DNA of 64,000 nucleotides from positions 1 to 64,000 of IMG/VR virus record IMGVR_UViG_3300042463_000890, one strand, 5' to 3'. Source of the DNA: a virus. Positions 38,673 through 48,718 of the stretch are shown here, piece after piece. Within the stretch, counting starts at the first letter, position 1; every line of letters begins with the position of its first letter. A program made the position numbers and the translations under genes. Under the pieces are notes generated by a model. That model was given only the letters and a program-made list of their open reading frames with translations. It was not told the origin of the DNA and did not search any database.

Positions 38673-40162
38673 TATTTTAAAATTTGAGGCATTTCATTAA
38701 AAATCGCCATTGTCTTTGAAACGACTTTGTAATTACGATTATCAAAAATTAATATCTCATCATTTTTTGAGAAAGCTATTTTATCTACTTTTTTACCTGA
38801 ATAATCTCTCATACCATAAGTATTAATTGTAAACACCCCGTTTTTATCGGTATAGGAAGATAAAGGTTTTATTTGATAACTAACACCGTCAATTATAACA
38901 TCAACACCTCCCCATCTATCCATTTTAGAACCAAAAGGAAAATATACAACGTTATTGGTATTCATTTTATTTAAAAACTTGTCAACCGAATCCTTTTCTA
39001 ATTTAAATCCCCTTTCAATTGATTTCCATTGTCTATCAACTAAAAGTTTGACAAAGTTTTTATCTTTTTTAAATAGTTTTACCATCCAATCAACAATATC
39101 CCCTTCAAAAACATCATCAAAATATTTTAAATAAATTAAATTGTGTATTTCTTCTTTTGTATCAAAAAAATTCATTATCGACCAATCTTCTCTAGGGTCC
39201 CCAATTTTACTACCTATTGTGTGTATACCTCTCAAACCTGGTGAAAAAATGGGTGTCTCCGCTTTCCAATGTCTAGGAAAAGCTTTTTCTAACGCAGTTC
39301 TAATATTTGATGAAGTTATACCAATCTCTTCTGTTTTTTTAACTCCTTGATATTTCGGGTATGCTAATTCAAAATTTTCTTTAGTTATTGCAATAGTATT
39401 TTTTTCAGGGTTTATTATTAAATCCCCTTTGTTAAAAATGAAATCTCCTGACGCTCCTTCAATCTTTATTTTTCCATCAATTGGGTCGGGGTCATTAACT
39501 GGTAGAACACTATTAAAATAATATCTTTTAGTTGTGCCTTTTTCAAAAAGACCTAATGTGGTGTAGGTATATTTTGTCGGTTCTGATTCAGAGGTTTCTT
39601 CAGACTCTATCAATCTACTTGACACAATTTCAGAAATTACAAATAATTTGTTTTTTTGATTTATCATGTCAACTTCCTTGGCGGTATAAACAGGTTCTTC
39701 AGTGTCTTTATAAACAAACGAATCATATTTATATGGGTTATATGTAACAATTTTACTTGACGATTCTTCAGGTATGTTATCACAAGGATATTCACAATAA
39801 TCTACTAAAGTACCAATCACAAAGGCGTGAACATTCTTTGACATTTCTTGTCTAACACGTTGTTTCCCGCCCTGTCTAACTCTAAACTCAACATTTTTAA
39901 GTTTTACATAATCGGCATGTAAAATAACTTTTGACTTATATGTTACAGAAAATGTGTGTTTATGTAAATTATAATAAACCATAACTTTTTTACCTCGGTA
40001 ATCTTCTTCAGAATTGTTATGACCACATTTATGACAAATAAACGGGTCATTACCACCATCACTTAAGTCCCAAGACCAACCACAATTATCACAAATAACT
40101 TCTTGATTAGAAATTTTTTCTAATAATTTTGTTTTTTGTTTTTCTGTAATTAATATTTTCAT
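38672..40162 (-). CDS. Multidomain protein: IITE-type leader, zinc ribbon, conserved phage domain and C-terminal PD-(D/E)xK-like domain
   Basis: MKILITEKQ leader; CDNC...CHKC; VYYNLHKHTFSV...KNVHAFVIG; C-terminal GSKMDRWGGVDVIIDGVSYQIKP. Confidence 0.6.
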   Translation of the reverse strand: MKILITEKQKTKLLEKISNQEVICDNCGWSWDLSDGGNDPFICHKCGHNNSEEDYRGKKVMVYYNLHKHTFSVTYKSKVILHADYVKLKNVEFRVRQGGKQRVRQEMSKNVHAFVIGTLVDYCEYPCDNIPEESSSKIVTYNPYKYDSFVYKDTEEPVYTAKEVDMINQKNKLFVISEIVSSRLIESEETSESEPTKYTYTTLGLFEKGTTKRYYFNSVLPVNDPDPIDGKIKIEGASGDFIFNKGDLIINPEKNTIAITKENFELAYPKYQGVKKTEEIGITSSNIRTALEKAFPRHWKAETPIFSPGLRGIHTIGSKIGDPREDWSIMNFFDTKEEIHNLIYLKYFDDVFEGDIVDWMVKLFKKDKNFVKLLVDRQWKSIERGFKLEKDSVDKFLNKMNTNNVVYFPFGSKMDRWGGVDVIIDGVSYQIKPLSSYTDKNGVFTINTYGMRDYSGKKVDKIAFSKNDEILIFDNRNYKVVSKTMAIFNEMPQILK

Positions 40163-40455
40163 TTTTTCTTTCTAACTTTATTAAATCCCCTTCTAATTTT
40201 ATCATTATATTCTCCCCCTACAATCGTTAAAAAATTGTATCTTTCAAAATCAATGTCAGGGTACTTAGTTTTAAATATTCTACTAACTCTTTGTATCACC
40301 CAATTTTCATAAACTCCAAAGTTGTCAGGTTTATTTCCTGGCCCACCTTGTTTAATGTCGTCATTCAAACTATCAATAGCATAATTAACAAATTCACCTA
40401 TTTCATATATTCTTCTTAATACACCAATCTGATTTTCTGTAATTATTATATTCAT
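40159..40455 (-). CDS. Hypothetical protein with an IITE-type leader (98 aa)
   Basis: The MNIIITENQ N-terminus matches that of the neighbouring gene. Confidence 0.7.
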   Translation of the reverse strand: MNIIITENQIGVLRRIYEIGEFVNYAIDSLNDDIKQGGPGNKPDNFGVYENWVIQRVSRIFKTKYPDIDFERYNFLTIVGGEYNDKIRRGFNKVRKKK

Positions 40456-40970
40456 TATAACCCTCTAAATTCATTGTCAATAACCGCCGATGCGGTAATT
40501 GTTCTGTAAAATGGTTTATACCCTGCATAGGTATGTTTGTTGTCAGATATTACACGACCATCATTATTTACAGTATAATACCTAACTCTATTCTCAGTTT
40601 CATAATATCCAATATAATCTCCATAGTTTATATCAATACCTAATTCATCCAATTGTCTTTGATAGATTGATATTCTGATGTTACCAGGTTCGGTTTGATT
40701 TATTTTAGAATTTCCTAAGTTTTTATTTTCAGGGGCTGAAATTTGTACAAATGCTTTAAACTCAACAGGGGGTAAAAATTTTACACCATCTTTTACAGTT
40801 TCACCATAAACATCATCTGTTTTTGTTTTTAATCTATCTACCCTGTAAAGGACTAAAGTAAAGTTCATATCACCATATAACCACTCCTCACCTATTGAGA
40901 GGTCTAAGTTATAATCTTCGGCACCGAAAAACTTACCTATTCTTGTTATTGGAACTTTATTTGTTGACAT
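40455..40970 (-). CDS. Neck / head-closure protein (T4 gp14-like)
   Basis: LYRVDRLKTKTDDVYGE...GIDINYGDYIGY...YYTV pattern, located near the tail terminator and neck genes. Confidence 0.65.
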   Translation of the reverse strand: MSTNKVPITRIGKFFGAEDYNLDLSIGEEWLYGDMNFTLVLYRVDRLKTKTDDVYGETVKDGVKFLPPVEFKAFVQISAPENKNLGNSKINQTEPGNIRISIYQRQLDELGIDINYGDYIGYYETENRVRYYTVNNDGRVISDNKHTYAGYKPFYRTITASAVIDNEFRGL

Positions 40971-41021
40971 ATTGATAAATATCCATTCAATTGTTATTTT
41001 TATTAAAACGTAAAACGAATA

Positions 41022-42782
41022 GTGTCTGAAAATATATCAAATCTAATTGAACAGAGAGCACTTTCAATCTTGGATTCATATTCAGGGGCGAATAACTATA
41101 TACTAAAATTAAAAAATCAGAAAGATAATAATAAAAAATTTTATCCGACTAGGTCTCAATCAGACTATATTATATCTTTTCATGATAAGTCCCCAAAAGT
41201 AGGAAAAAAATGGGTTGACTTGGACCCTTATTTCGCAAAGAAAATCGCAGATGAAAAACTCTACATGGAAATTCCAAAACAAATTTGGGTAGAGAAATTA
41301 TTAGCCGAAAAAGAAAAATCATATCATATATGGGGTAAAATATTCGAGTCTCAAGAAAACCATGATTTTTGGGTCCCTAAAGCCGCGTTATTAAAAACCC
41401 ATAAAGTTGAAAAGATTGATATAGATTATTCTAAATATTCTCATAGACCTCCTCTTGAGCACCAAAAAGAAGCTATTGAAAAATTAGCAGGGTCAAAGAG
41501 ATTTATTTTAGCGGATGATATGGGATTGGGTAAAACTACATCAACGATAATCGCCGCTTTAGAAAGTAATGCGAAAAGAATATTAATAATTTGTCCTGCA
41601 TCACTTAAAATAAATTGGGAAAGAGAGATTAGAAATTATACCGATAGAAGTGTTTATATTGCCGAAGGGAAGAATTTTTCAACTGAACATGATTTTGTTA
41701 TTGTTAATTACGATATTCTAAAAAATTTTTATGATATTAAAGAAAAAGAACAATCACTAATATATCAATTTGACCCCGAATTAATCATTATTGATGAAGC
41801 TCATTATATTCAAAACGCTCAAGCCCAAAGAACCAAACTTGTTAATAATTTTTCTAAAAAAGTAGACAAACTTTGGTTACTGACAGGGACTCCAATGACA
41901 TCAAGACCTATGAATTATTACAATTTATTAAGTCTAATTGAAAGTCCTGTCGCCCAAAATTGGATGGCTTACGCAATTAGATATTGTCAAGGGTATCAAT
42001 TTAAAGCTGGTAATAGAAAAGTATGGAATGTGACAGGAGCTTCTAATTTAGAAGAGCTTAGAGACAGAACCTCCAAACAAGTATTAAGAAGATTAAAAGA
42101 AGATGTATTAGATTTACCTGATAAAATAATAACACCTGTATACTTGAGATTAAAATCTAAAATGTATGAAGGTTTAATGGGCGAATACTATGATTGGTAT
42201 GACAATAAAACCGACGAGTCAAATTCATTAACAGTCCAATTTTCAAAATTAATGAAAGTTAGACAAGTTATCGCAAATGAAAAAGTCGACTCTACTATAG
42301 AATTGGCTCAAAATATAATAGACCAAGACAAAAAGGTTATTATTTTTACAAACTTCACTGACACGTTAACAAAAATTAAAGACCATTTTGGTAAACAAGC
42401 CGTTTTTTTAGACGGTAGTTGTACTAAACCACAAAGACAATATGCGGTTGACCAATTTCAAGAAAATGAAAAAATAAAAGTTTTTGTTGGTAACTTAAAA
42501 GCCGCAGGAGTTGGTATTACATTAACCGCTGCGGAGGCGGTTATTATGAACGACCTGTCATTTGTACCATCAGACCACTCTCAAGCTGAAGACAGGTCAT
42601 ATAGATATGGTCAAAAATCTAATGTTTCTGTATATTACCCAATCTTTGAAAACACGATTGAAGGGATTATTTATGATATGTTAAAAAACAAGAAAAATAT
42701 ATTTGAAACTGTGATGGGGGACAATTTAAACAAGTCTGACATCATCGAAGAAATGATGAATAAAATTAATACGCTGAGATAA
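41022..42782 (+). CDS. SNF2-family (SMARCAL1/HARP-like) helicase
   Basis: ILADDMGLGKT, ICPASLKINW, IIDEAH, LLTGTP, AAGVGITLT and QAEDRSYRYGQ motifs. GTG start. Confidence 0.92.
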   Translation: MSENISNLIEQRALSILDSYSGANNYILKLKNQKDNNKKFYPTRSQSDYIISFHDKSPKVGKKWVDLDPYFAKKIADEKLYMEIPKQIWVEKLLAEKEKSYHIWGKIFESQENHDFWVPKAALLKTHKVEKIDIDYSKYSHRPPLEHQKEAIEKLAGSKRFILADDMGLGKTTSTIIAALESNAKRILIICPASLKINWEREIRNYTDRSVYIAEGKNFSTEHDFVIVNYDILKNFYDIKEKEQSLIYQFDPELIIIDEAHYIQNAQAQRTKLVNNFSKKVDKLWLLTGTPMTSRPMNYYNLLSLIESPVAQNWMAYAIRYCQGYQFKAGNRKVWNVTGASNLEELRDRTSKQVLRRLKEDVLDLPDKIITPVYLRLKSKMYEGLMGEYYDWYDNKTDESNSLTVQFSKLMKVRQVIANEKVDSTIELAQNIIDQDKKVIIFTNFTDTLTKIKDHFGKQAVFLDGSCTKPQRQYAVDQFQENEKIKVFVGNLKAAGVGITLTAAEAVIMNDLSFVPSDHSQAEDRSYRYGQKSNVSVYYPIFENTIEGIIYDMLKNKKNIFETVMGDNLNKSDIIEEMMNKINTLR

Positions 42783-42824
42783 TTCAAAGTTTTAGATTAT
42801 TTATAGTATATTAATTTTAGCCAC

Positions 42825-44363
42825 ATGAACAAATTAGAAGAAAGAGTTCATTTACTTAACGAACAAATACTCTTACAAGAAAAAAACCAAGACAAATTAC
42901 ATTTCCTTAATGAAATGAAAAAGATTGGTATAGAAAAATTACCATATTCTTATTCATCTTTAAAACAATTTATCGATTCTGAGACTATGTCTTATCACTA
43001 TAACAAACATTATAAAGGTTATGTTGATAAACTAAATAAAGCTCTGTCAAAAAAGGATTACGGTGATTTAGAATTAGAAGAAATTATTAAATCAATTAGT
43101 AAATACAATACCACAATTAGAAACAATGCGGGAGGAGCGTTCAATCACGCTTTGTTTTGGAAAATGTTATCCCCAAAAAAACAAACTCCTAAAGGAGACT
43201 TATTGAAAAAATTAAAATCCGATTTTGGAAGTTTTGAAAAATTTAAAACTGAATTTGAAGAAATTGCTAAAGAAAGATTCGGTTCAGGTTGGGTTTGGTT
43301 AGTTTTAACTAAAAAAAATCAATTAAAGATAATGTCCACCCCTAACCAAGATAACCCATTAATGAATGTTGTTAAAAGTGGTGGGTACCCAATATTAGGG
43401 TTAGATTTATGGGAACACGCATATTATCTAAAATACAAAAATAAAAGAGACGAGTATATCTCTAACTTTTGGAAATGTGTTAATTGGGATTTTGTAGACG
43501 AATTATTTTCATTACGCTCTAATAGAAAATTAAATGAAGGGAATATTATTAAACAAGTAATTAGTGAAGGTATTTCTGAAAGATGTTCGAGAGAAGAAAA
43601 TGAAGCAATACGATTTATTTTTAACATTAATCCAAAGGTTAAACAAATTTTTAGATTAAAAATAGATTCTATTTTAAAAGAAGTCTTCAAAGAAAATTAC
43701 TATGAAAAAGGTGAATATGGTGAAAATGAATCTTCAGGTATCTATGATTTAGAGACTGAAGGTAGGTCAGTAATTAATAAACTTAACACTAACTACACTT
43801 GTTTTTGTATTTTATTAAATGATGTTAATAAAGTTTTAGAATATGAAAAACAACCTAAAATTAAATTGATTGGACAACCTCCCTTTGTTCAGATTAGTGA
43901 AACTAAAAAATTTGTTAATGTAATTGAAAAATACAAAGACAGAATTTTTAACATACAGTCACCAACGTTTTCAAACCTAATGTCAACTTTAACTAAAACA
44001 AATTCAATTGGAGATAAAACTGAAAACTCAACCGTTAATATTTTAAAGAAAAAATTTGGTGAGGAAAACGTTGTTCAGATTGGTAAATTAGGGAGTACTG
44101 AAGACATGGTTGGGGGTGTTGATTGTGAGATAGTAATTGATTCCATAACTTACACCGCACAAATAAAACCTTACACTAATTTTAAAAAGATTGATGATAG
44201 TTATGTGGTTTACGGCACAGGTCAAGTTAAACCGTATAAAACAGACTTTTTAATTTTTACTAAAAGTAATAAAGATGTTTTAGTTTTTAAAAATGAATCT
44301 ACTAAAATCATAAATGGTAATTTTGTTTTACCTGTGGGTAATTTAATTTATCAACTCAATTGA
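42825..44363 (+). CDS. Fe/Mn superoxide dismutase fused to a C-terminal PD-(D/E)xK-like domain
   Basis: LPYSYSSL, HYNKHYKGY, NNAGGAFNHALFW, FGSGWVWL, NQDNP and DLWEHAYYLKY give all four metal ligands; GG and NQD suggest Mn-type or cambialistic. About 270 extra C-terminal residues contain EDMVGGVD...AQIKP. Confidence 0.9.
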   Translation: MNKLEERVHLLNEQILLQEKNQDKLHFLNEMKKIGIEKLPYSYSSLKQFIDSETMSYHYNKHYKGYVDKLNKALSKKDYGDLELEEIIKSISKYNTTIRNNAGGAFNHALFWKMLSPKKQTPKGDLLKKLKSDFGSFEKFKTEFEEIAKERFGSGWVWLVLTKKNQLKIMSTPNQDNPLMNVVKSGGYPILGLDLWEHAYYLKYKNKRDEYISNFWKCVNWDFVDELFSLRSNRKLNEGNIIKQVISEGISERCSREENEAIRFIFNINPKVKQIFRLKIDSILKEVFKENYYEKGEYGENESSGIYDLETEGRSVINKLNTNYTCFCILLNDVNKVLEYEKQPKIKLIGQPPFVQISETKKFVNVIEKYKDRIFNIQSPTFSNLMSTLTKTNSIGDKTENSTVNILKKKFGEENVVQIGKLGSTEDMVGGVDCEIVIDSITYTAQIKPYTNFKKIDDSYVVYGTGQVKPYKTDFLIFTKSNKDVLVFKNESTKIINGNFVLPVGNLIYQLN

Positions 44364-44383
44364 TATTTATATAATAAAAAACT

Positions 44384-45505
44384 ATGGCAATTATAGCAGA
44401 ACCAGAAAGAAGTCAACTTTACACAAGACTTAGACATATTTTAGGTGCTCCTCTTAGAAGTGTTGAATTGGAAGATGAGCAATTGGATTCTCTTTTAGAG
44501 ATTGCAATCGAGGATTATTCTCAATATGTCCAAGATTGGTTAATTGAATCTCAATGGACTGCATTATATAATTTAAATTTAGACACCCAATCTTTAGCTA
44601 AAGCATTTGTTACTAAAAGTTTAGATTATGAACAAAGATATACTTACGCATATTCTAAAATAGTGGGTTTACAGACCAACGGTGATTCCGTTCTAAAAAA
44701 AGATTACATCCAATTAGTTAGAGGGCAACAAATATATGAAATTCCTGCGGGTAGAGAGTTAAATGAATTATTGTGGTTTACTCCCGCAGAACTTAATAAT
44801 TTATTATTTGACCCTTGGACTTTCGGAGCTTTAGGTGGTGTTGGTTTAGGAGGCCCTGGGGGTTATTCACAAATGGGAATGTCTGGGTCATATTTTATGA
44901 TGCCCGCGTTTGATATGTTACTGAGAATGCAAGAAATTAATATTCAAAGAAGAATTATTGCTGGTGATTTAACCTATAGAATGACGGCATTACCTGAAGG
45001 TAAAAAGGCTATTCATCTAATGAATGTCCCTGGAGGTAAATTTGATTTTGGTAACGCTACTTTAATGAGAGGTAAAGTTTGGTATTGGTATTATGAGGCG
45101 GAAGGTTCTGATAGAGACAAATGTCTAAAAGACAATCCTGACATTATTAAACTACCTTCAGATGTACCGTTTGAAAAAATCTCTTGGGAGGATTTAAACA
45201 ACCCTGCTCAGATATGGGTTAGAAGATATTTTTACGCAAGCGCTAAAGAAACTTTATCTAAAGTTAGAGGTAAATTTAGTGGTAACATTAAAACTCCTGA
45301 TTCGGAATTAACTTTGGATTATCAATCATTAGCGACTGAAGGTAAAGATGAAAAAACTAAATTGATTGAGGAATTAATTGGTGCTGAAGGTAGACTTACA
45401 AGACTAAGACCTGAAAAGGTTATGGAGAGAGAAGCTTTGTTAGCGGAAAACCTTAACAAACAAAAAAGATTTACTGCAATGCCAAGACAAATTTACGTTA
45501 TTTAA
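44384..45505 (+). CDS. Neck / head-tail adaptor protein (T4 gp13-like)
   Basis: LGAPLRSVELEDEQLD N-terminus and WVRRYFYASAKETLSKVRGKF...LTLDYQSLATEGKDEKTKL. Confidence 0.8.
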   Translation: MAIIAEPERSQLYTRLRHILGAPLRSVELEDEQLDSLLEIAIEDYSQYVQDWLIESQWTALYNLNLDTQSLAKAFVTKSLDYEQRYTYAYSKIVGLQTNGDSVLKKDYIQLVRGQQIYEIPAGRELNELLWFTPAELNNLLFDPWTFGALGGVGLGGPGGYSQMGMSGSYFMMPAFDMLLRMQEINIQRRIIAGDLTYRMTALPEGKKAIHLMNVPGGKFDFGNATLMRGKVWYWYYEAEGSDRDKCLKDNPDIIKLPSDVPFEKISWEDLNNPAQIWVRRYFYASAKETLSKVRGKFSGNIKTPDSELTLDYQSLATEGKDEKTKLIEELIGAEGRLTRLRPEKVMEREALLAENLNKQKRFTAMPRQIYVI

Positions 45506-45506
45506 T

Positions 45507-45845
45507 ATGAAATCTACATTAGTTAGGAAAAAAATTGGCGATAAAATCTATCAAGAATTTACACAAGAAAGAATGGTAAAAATTGTTACTAATAGTTCAT
45601 ATACCACAAATGGGGAATCTATTTTAATTATAAAAGACTCCCCTATTTGTAATCTATATTTAGATAGGTCAACAACTAAAACTATAAAAATTAAAGCGAT
45701 GACTAAAGTTTCAATCATACCAAAAAACTCATCAATTGATGAGTTTTATGATGAACTTGTAATTGAAAAAGGCGCTTGTGTAGAATTAGAGTTTGTAGAT
45801 AATAGTTGGTATATATTATCTTCAGATGGTCTAAAATTAAACTAA
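45507..45845 (+). CDS. Hypothetical beta-rich protein (112 aa)
   Basis: Coupled to the neck gene. The C-terminal ELEFVDNSWYILS is typical of virion beta-sandwich modules. Confidence 0.65.
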   Translation: MKSTLVRKKIGDKIYQEFTQERMVKIVTNSSYTTNGESILIIKDSPICNLYLDRSTTKTIKIKAMTKVSIIPKNSSIDEFYDELVIEKGACVELEFVDNSWYILSSDGLKLN

Positions 45846-48626
45846 TTCTTCCCATCCTTCTGACGCCAACTTATAAATGTAGTCAGGGTCTAACCCTCGT
45901 TTTTCCCAATATTTAATTTCACCTTCAGATAAAGCCAATACCTCATCTAATTTATCTTGGTCTTTTTCTTCAAATGGAACGCCATTAATCAATTCACATT
46001 GGTCTTTAGTAAAGAAACTTCTATCTTCAGGTTTATTAACTAACAACCCATCTCTAATTTCTTCTTTGAAGACCACCAATAAAGGTTCTATTCTTTTATT
46101 AAATGTTGCAATTGCTCTCGGAACATTGTAATCTCCCTTCATTTCAGGATTATTTTCAATTTCAGATTGGTCCAACATATAACAATTAATTTGTACCATT
46201 GATGTAACAGAATCGTCAGGATATTTTCCATGGTCATCAAAATAATATTTAAGTTGTTCCTCGCTCCATCCTCGTTTAAGTTTACTGACTTTCTGAACAT
46301 CCCCTTGAGACGCCTTGGTTCCGTTATTAACATAATAAATAACATCCCCCAAGCTTACATTTAACTTATTTTTTGCCGCAAGTTCCATATGAGCCATCAT
46401 ACTCATCGCTCCACCTGATTTTGTTTTTTGGTTAGAACGTTTTTTATAATCTTCCATACTTAACTTAACCTTTGCCCTTTGAGCAATTTTCATAAGTGGA
46501 ATTTGTTTATCATGGATTTTGGTAAGGTATTCATAGTACCACTCAACAAATTCTTGACCCTTACCTTCAAGTAATTGCTTCACTCCTTTATCTAAGAAAT
46601 CCTCAATATATAATGGTAATTTTTTGGACTTAATTGTATTACCTGTCAATTTAATTTTACCACTCGCTTCCATAACCGCATAGTTCTTACGAGCTAAATT
46701 AATACATGACGGCCATGTACCATCGGTGTCCAAAGCCATTTCACCTCTCATGAAAGTATCGTTAAATTCCGCAACGTCAGCATCATCCCCTGTATATTCT
46801 TTACCTTCTTTAACTTTCCAATTAAGTCCTTTACCAATATACCTACGATTCTCCCATCCTTCAGGTTTAGAGAAGTTAACACCATCCGTATCCATTACAA
46901 GAGGAGTATAACCTTTTTTCATAAAGAACTTAATCATTTGTCGAAGATATTGTCTACCTGTACAAGTAATTTGTTCACCCATATACATATCACCCCAAGC
47001 AAATACTTGTGGAGCAGATAACGCACCGAACATCGAGTTGATGAAAATCTTAATTGGTAACTGTTTTCGGTCATATGATAGGGATTTCTTTTTGTCTTTA
47101 TCGTACCATTCACCCGCCAAATTTTTGTATTTAATACGTGTTGTTCTGAAATAAGATAACATACCTTTCATTGCTCCTGTAATATCACATTCAGGGAATA
47201 CATCATGTACTAATTGTATTGAGGGATATAGTGACGAGTAGTCAAGTTTTAATACGTTTCTTGAATAACCTACTTTAAGTAATCTAGATAAACCACCAAC
47301 AAATTCTGTTTTTTGTTGTTTTTCAGGAATTGCCAATTTGTACTTATAACTCCAAGCCAACATCAACATCTTCCATAATGTTGCGGTACCCATTGTGGAT
47401 ACTCTTTCATATGTTGTTGGTACCATTGAAGCCAATAAAAATGTCCCTTGATTGAACTCATCATCGACTAATAAAGTTTCCTCCAAGTCATCGTCAAGAT
47501 ATCTCTCAACAATATCATCACCTGTTGTTTTAATATATGTTCCTGGAAATCTTGTATCTAAATTATCAAACTTAGGGTTATCGGCTCTTTTATATTTACC
47601 GTTTGTTACGTTTAACCAAAATTCTTCTTTCTTTGCATACATCGGACCAATTTTATCGTGGTCAATATATATTCGGTCAGGAGCCTCAGCATTAATGTAT
47701 TGAGTGATATACTTCAACCCAGCAGATTTGATACTTGAGTTAATTGCTTGAGCTCTTCTAACTGAATGCAAAATGTCAATATTATTGTAACCCCACATAC
47801 CAATTTGATTATACTTCTCAACCTCATTTGCAAGTTTCAATAAACTTTCACTTTGTTTGATGTTAATATTTGGGTTTAACGTCCTACATATCTTTTTAAT
47901 ATCCAAATTAAGTGCTTTACATCTTTCAAATATCCAATACCAGTCGAAGTTAAATGAGTTATATCCTCCTATAATTGACGGTTTAAGTTCATTTATGTGG
48001 TTAAAGAATTGTACTAACCCTCTTCGTTCTTCATCTTCATTAGAACATTCAATAACCTTTCTAAAACCTTTATTGGTTTTCATACCTATCATGAATATAC
48101 GACCGTCTTTTGGTTCTAATGCGGTCGTCTCCAAGTCGAATACAAATCTTGTGATATCATTGTATTCCTCAAAACCTTTAAATAATCTTTTTTCTTTTTG
48201 AATTAAGTATTGTTCTACAGGAGGTAATATTAGAATTTTGTCTTTTGTTCGTTCCCCCCATGGGTCAACCCCTCCATCTCTAAAAAATTGAATTAATGAA
48301 CGATAACCTTTTAGTGACTTAACCATAAATTTAAGTCCGTTTTCCATTCGTTCATTATCACCTGTCTCTAATTTTTCAATCATTATACCATGTGTTGACA
48401 TGGCTTCTTTTTGTAATCCTTTAGATGATTGATAAAAATTTAGACCTCGTAAATCCCCTACCCAAGCAAATGGGGTGAATGTATCTTTTCGGATTTCTTT
48501 TCCTTTACCAGGAATTTCTTTAATCTTATAGATTGAATCTGACGCATAATCAAATTCTATCGCAACAATGTGTTCTTCAGGGTCGTTTCCGTGTAAGAAC
48601 GATTCAATTTCTTCTTGAGTAATCAT
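45837..48626 (-). CDS. Family B DNA polymerase
   Basis: Exo I FDLET, Exo II GYNSFNFD, polymerase motif A DYSSLYPS, motif B KIFINSMFG, motif C MDTDG, and RKNYA. Confidence 0.95.
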   Translation of the reverse strand: MITQEEIESFLHGNDPEEHIVAIEFDYASDSIYKIKEIPGKGKEIRKDTFTPFAWVGDLRGLNFYQSSKGLQKEAMSTHGIMIEKLETGDNERMENGLKFMVKSLKGYRSLIQFFRDGGVDPWGERTKDKILILPPVEQYLIQKEKRLFKGFEEYNDITRFVFDLETTALEPKDGRIFMIGMKTNKGFRKVIECSNEDEERRGLVQFFNHINELKPSIIGGYNSFNFDWYWIFERCKALNLDIKKICRTLNPNINIKQSESLLKLANEVEKYNQIGMWGYNNIDILHSVRRAQAINSSIKSAGLKYITQYINAEAPDRIYIDHDKIGPMYAKKEEFWLNVTNGKYKRADNPKFDNLDTRFPGTYIKTTGDDIVERYLDDDLEETLLVDDEFNQGTFLLASMVPTTYERVSTMGTATLWKMLMLAWSYKYKLAIPEKQQKTEFVGGLSRLLKVGYSRNVLKLDYSSLYPSIQLVHDVFPECDITGAMKGMLSYFRTTRIKYKNLAGEWYDKDKKKSLSYDRKQLPIKIFINSMFGALSAPQVFAWGDMYMGEQITCTGRQYLRQMIKFFMKKGYTPLVMDTDGVNFSKPEGWENRRYIGKGLNWKVKEGKEYTGDDADVAEFNDTFMRGEMALDTDGTWPSCINLARKNYAVMEASGKIKLTGNTIKSKKLPLYIEDFLDKGVKQLLEGKGQEFVEWYYEYLTKIHDKQIPLMKIAQRAKVKLSMEDYKKRSNQKTKSGGAMSMMAHMELAAKNKLNVSLGDVIYYVNNGTKASQGDVQKVSKLKRGWSEEQLKYYFDDHGKYPDDSVTSMVQINCYMLDQSEIENNPEMKGDYNVPRAIATFNKRIEPLLVVFKEEIRDGLLVNKPEDRSFFTKDQCELINGVPFEEKDQDKLDEVLALSEGEIKYWEKRGLDPDYIYKLASEGWEELV

Positions 48627-48689
48627 ATTATACTATTTAGACGGTTCATTTGCTGCCGAACTTTTGCCGACATTTACCTTGTCTATATA

Positions 48690-48718
48690 AGTATAAAAAT
48701 CATATCGATTTAAGTCAA
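48690..48718 (-). promoter_or_regulatory. Sigma70-type promoter for the DNA polymerase
   Basis: Minus strand TTGACT (48718-48713), 17-nt spacer, TATACT (48695-48690). Confidence 0.75.

Noticed and set aside
7874-48626. Inteins or introns in nrdA, nrdB, helicase, recombinase or polymerase
   Set aside because: Lengths are normal, motifs are contiguous, and no splice-junction or LAGLIDADG/HNH signatures were seen.
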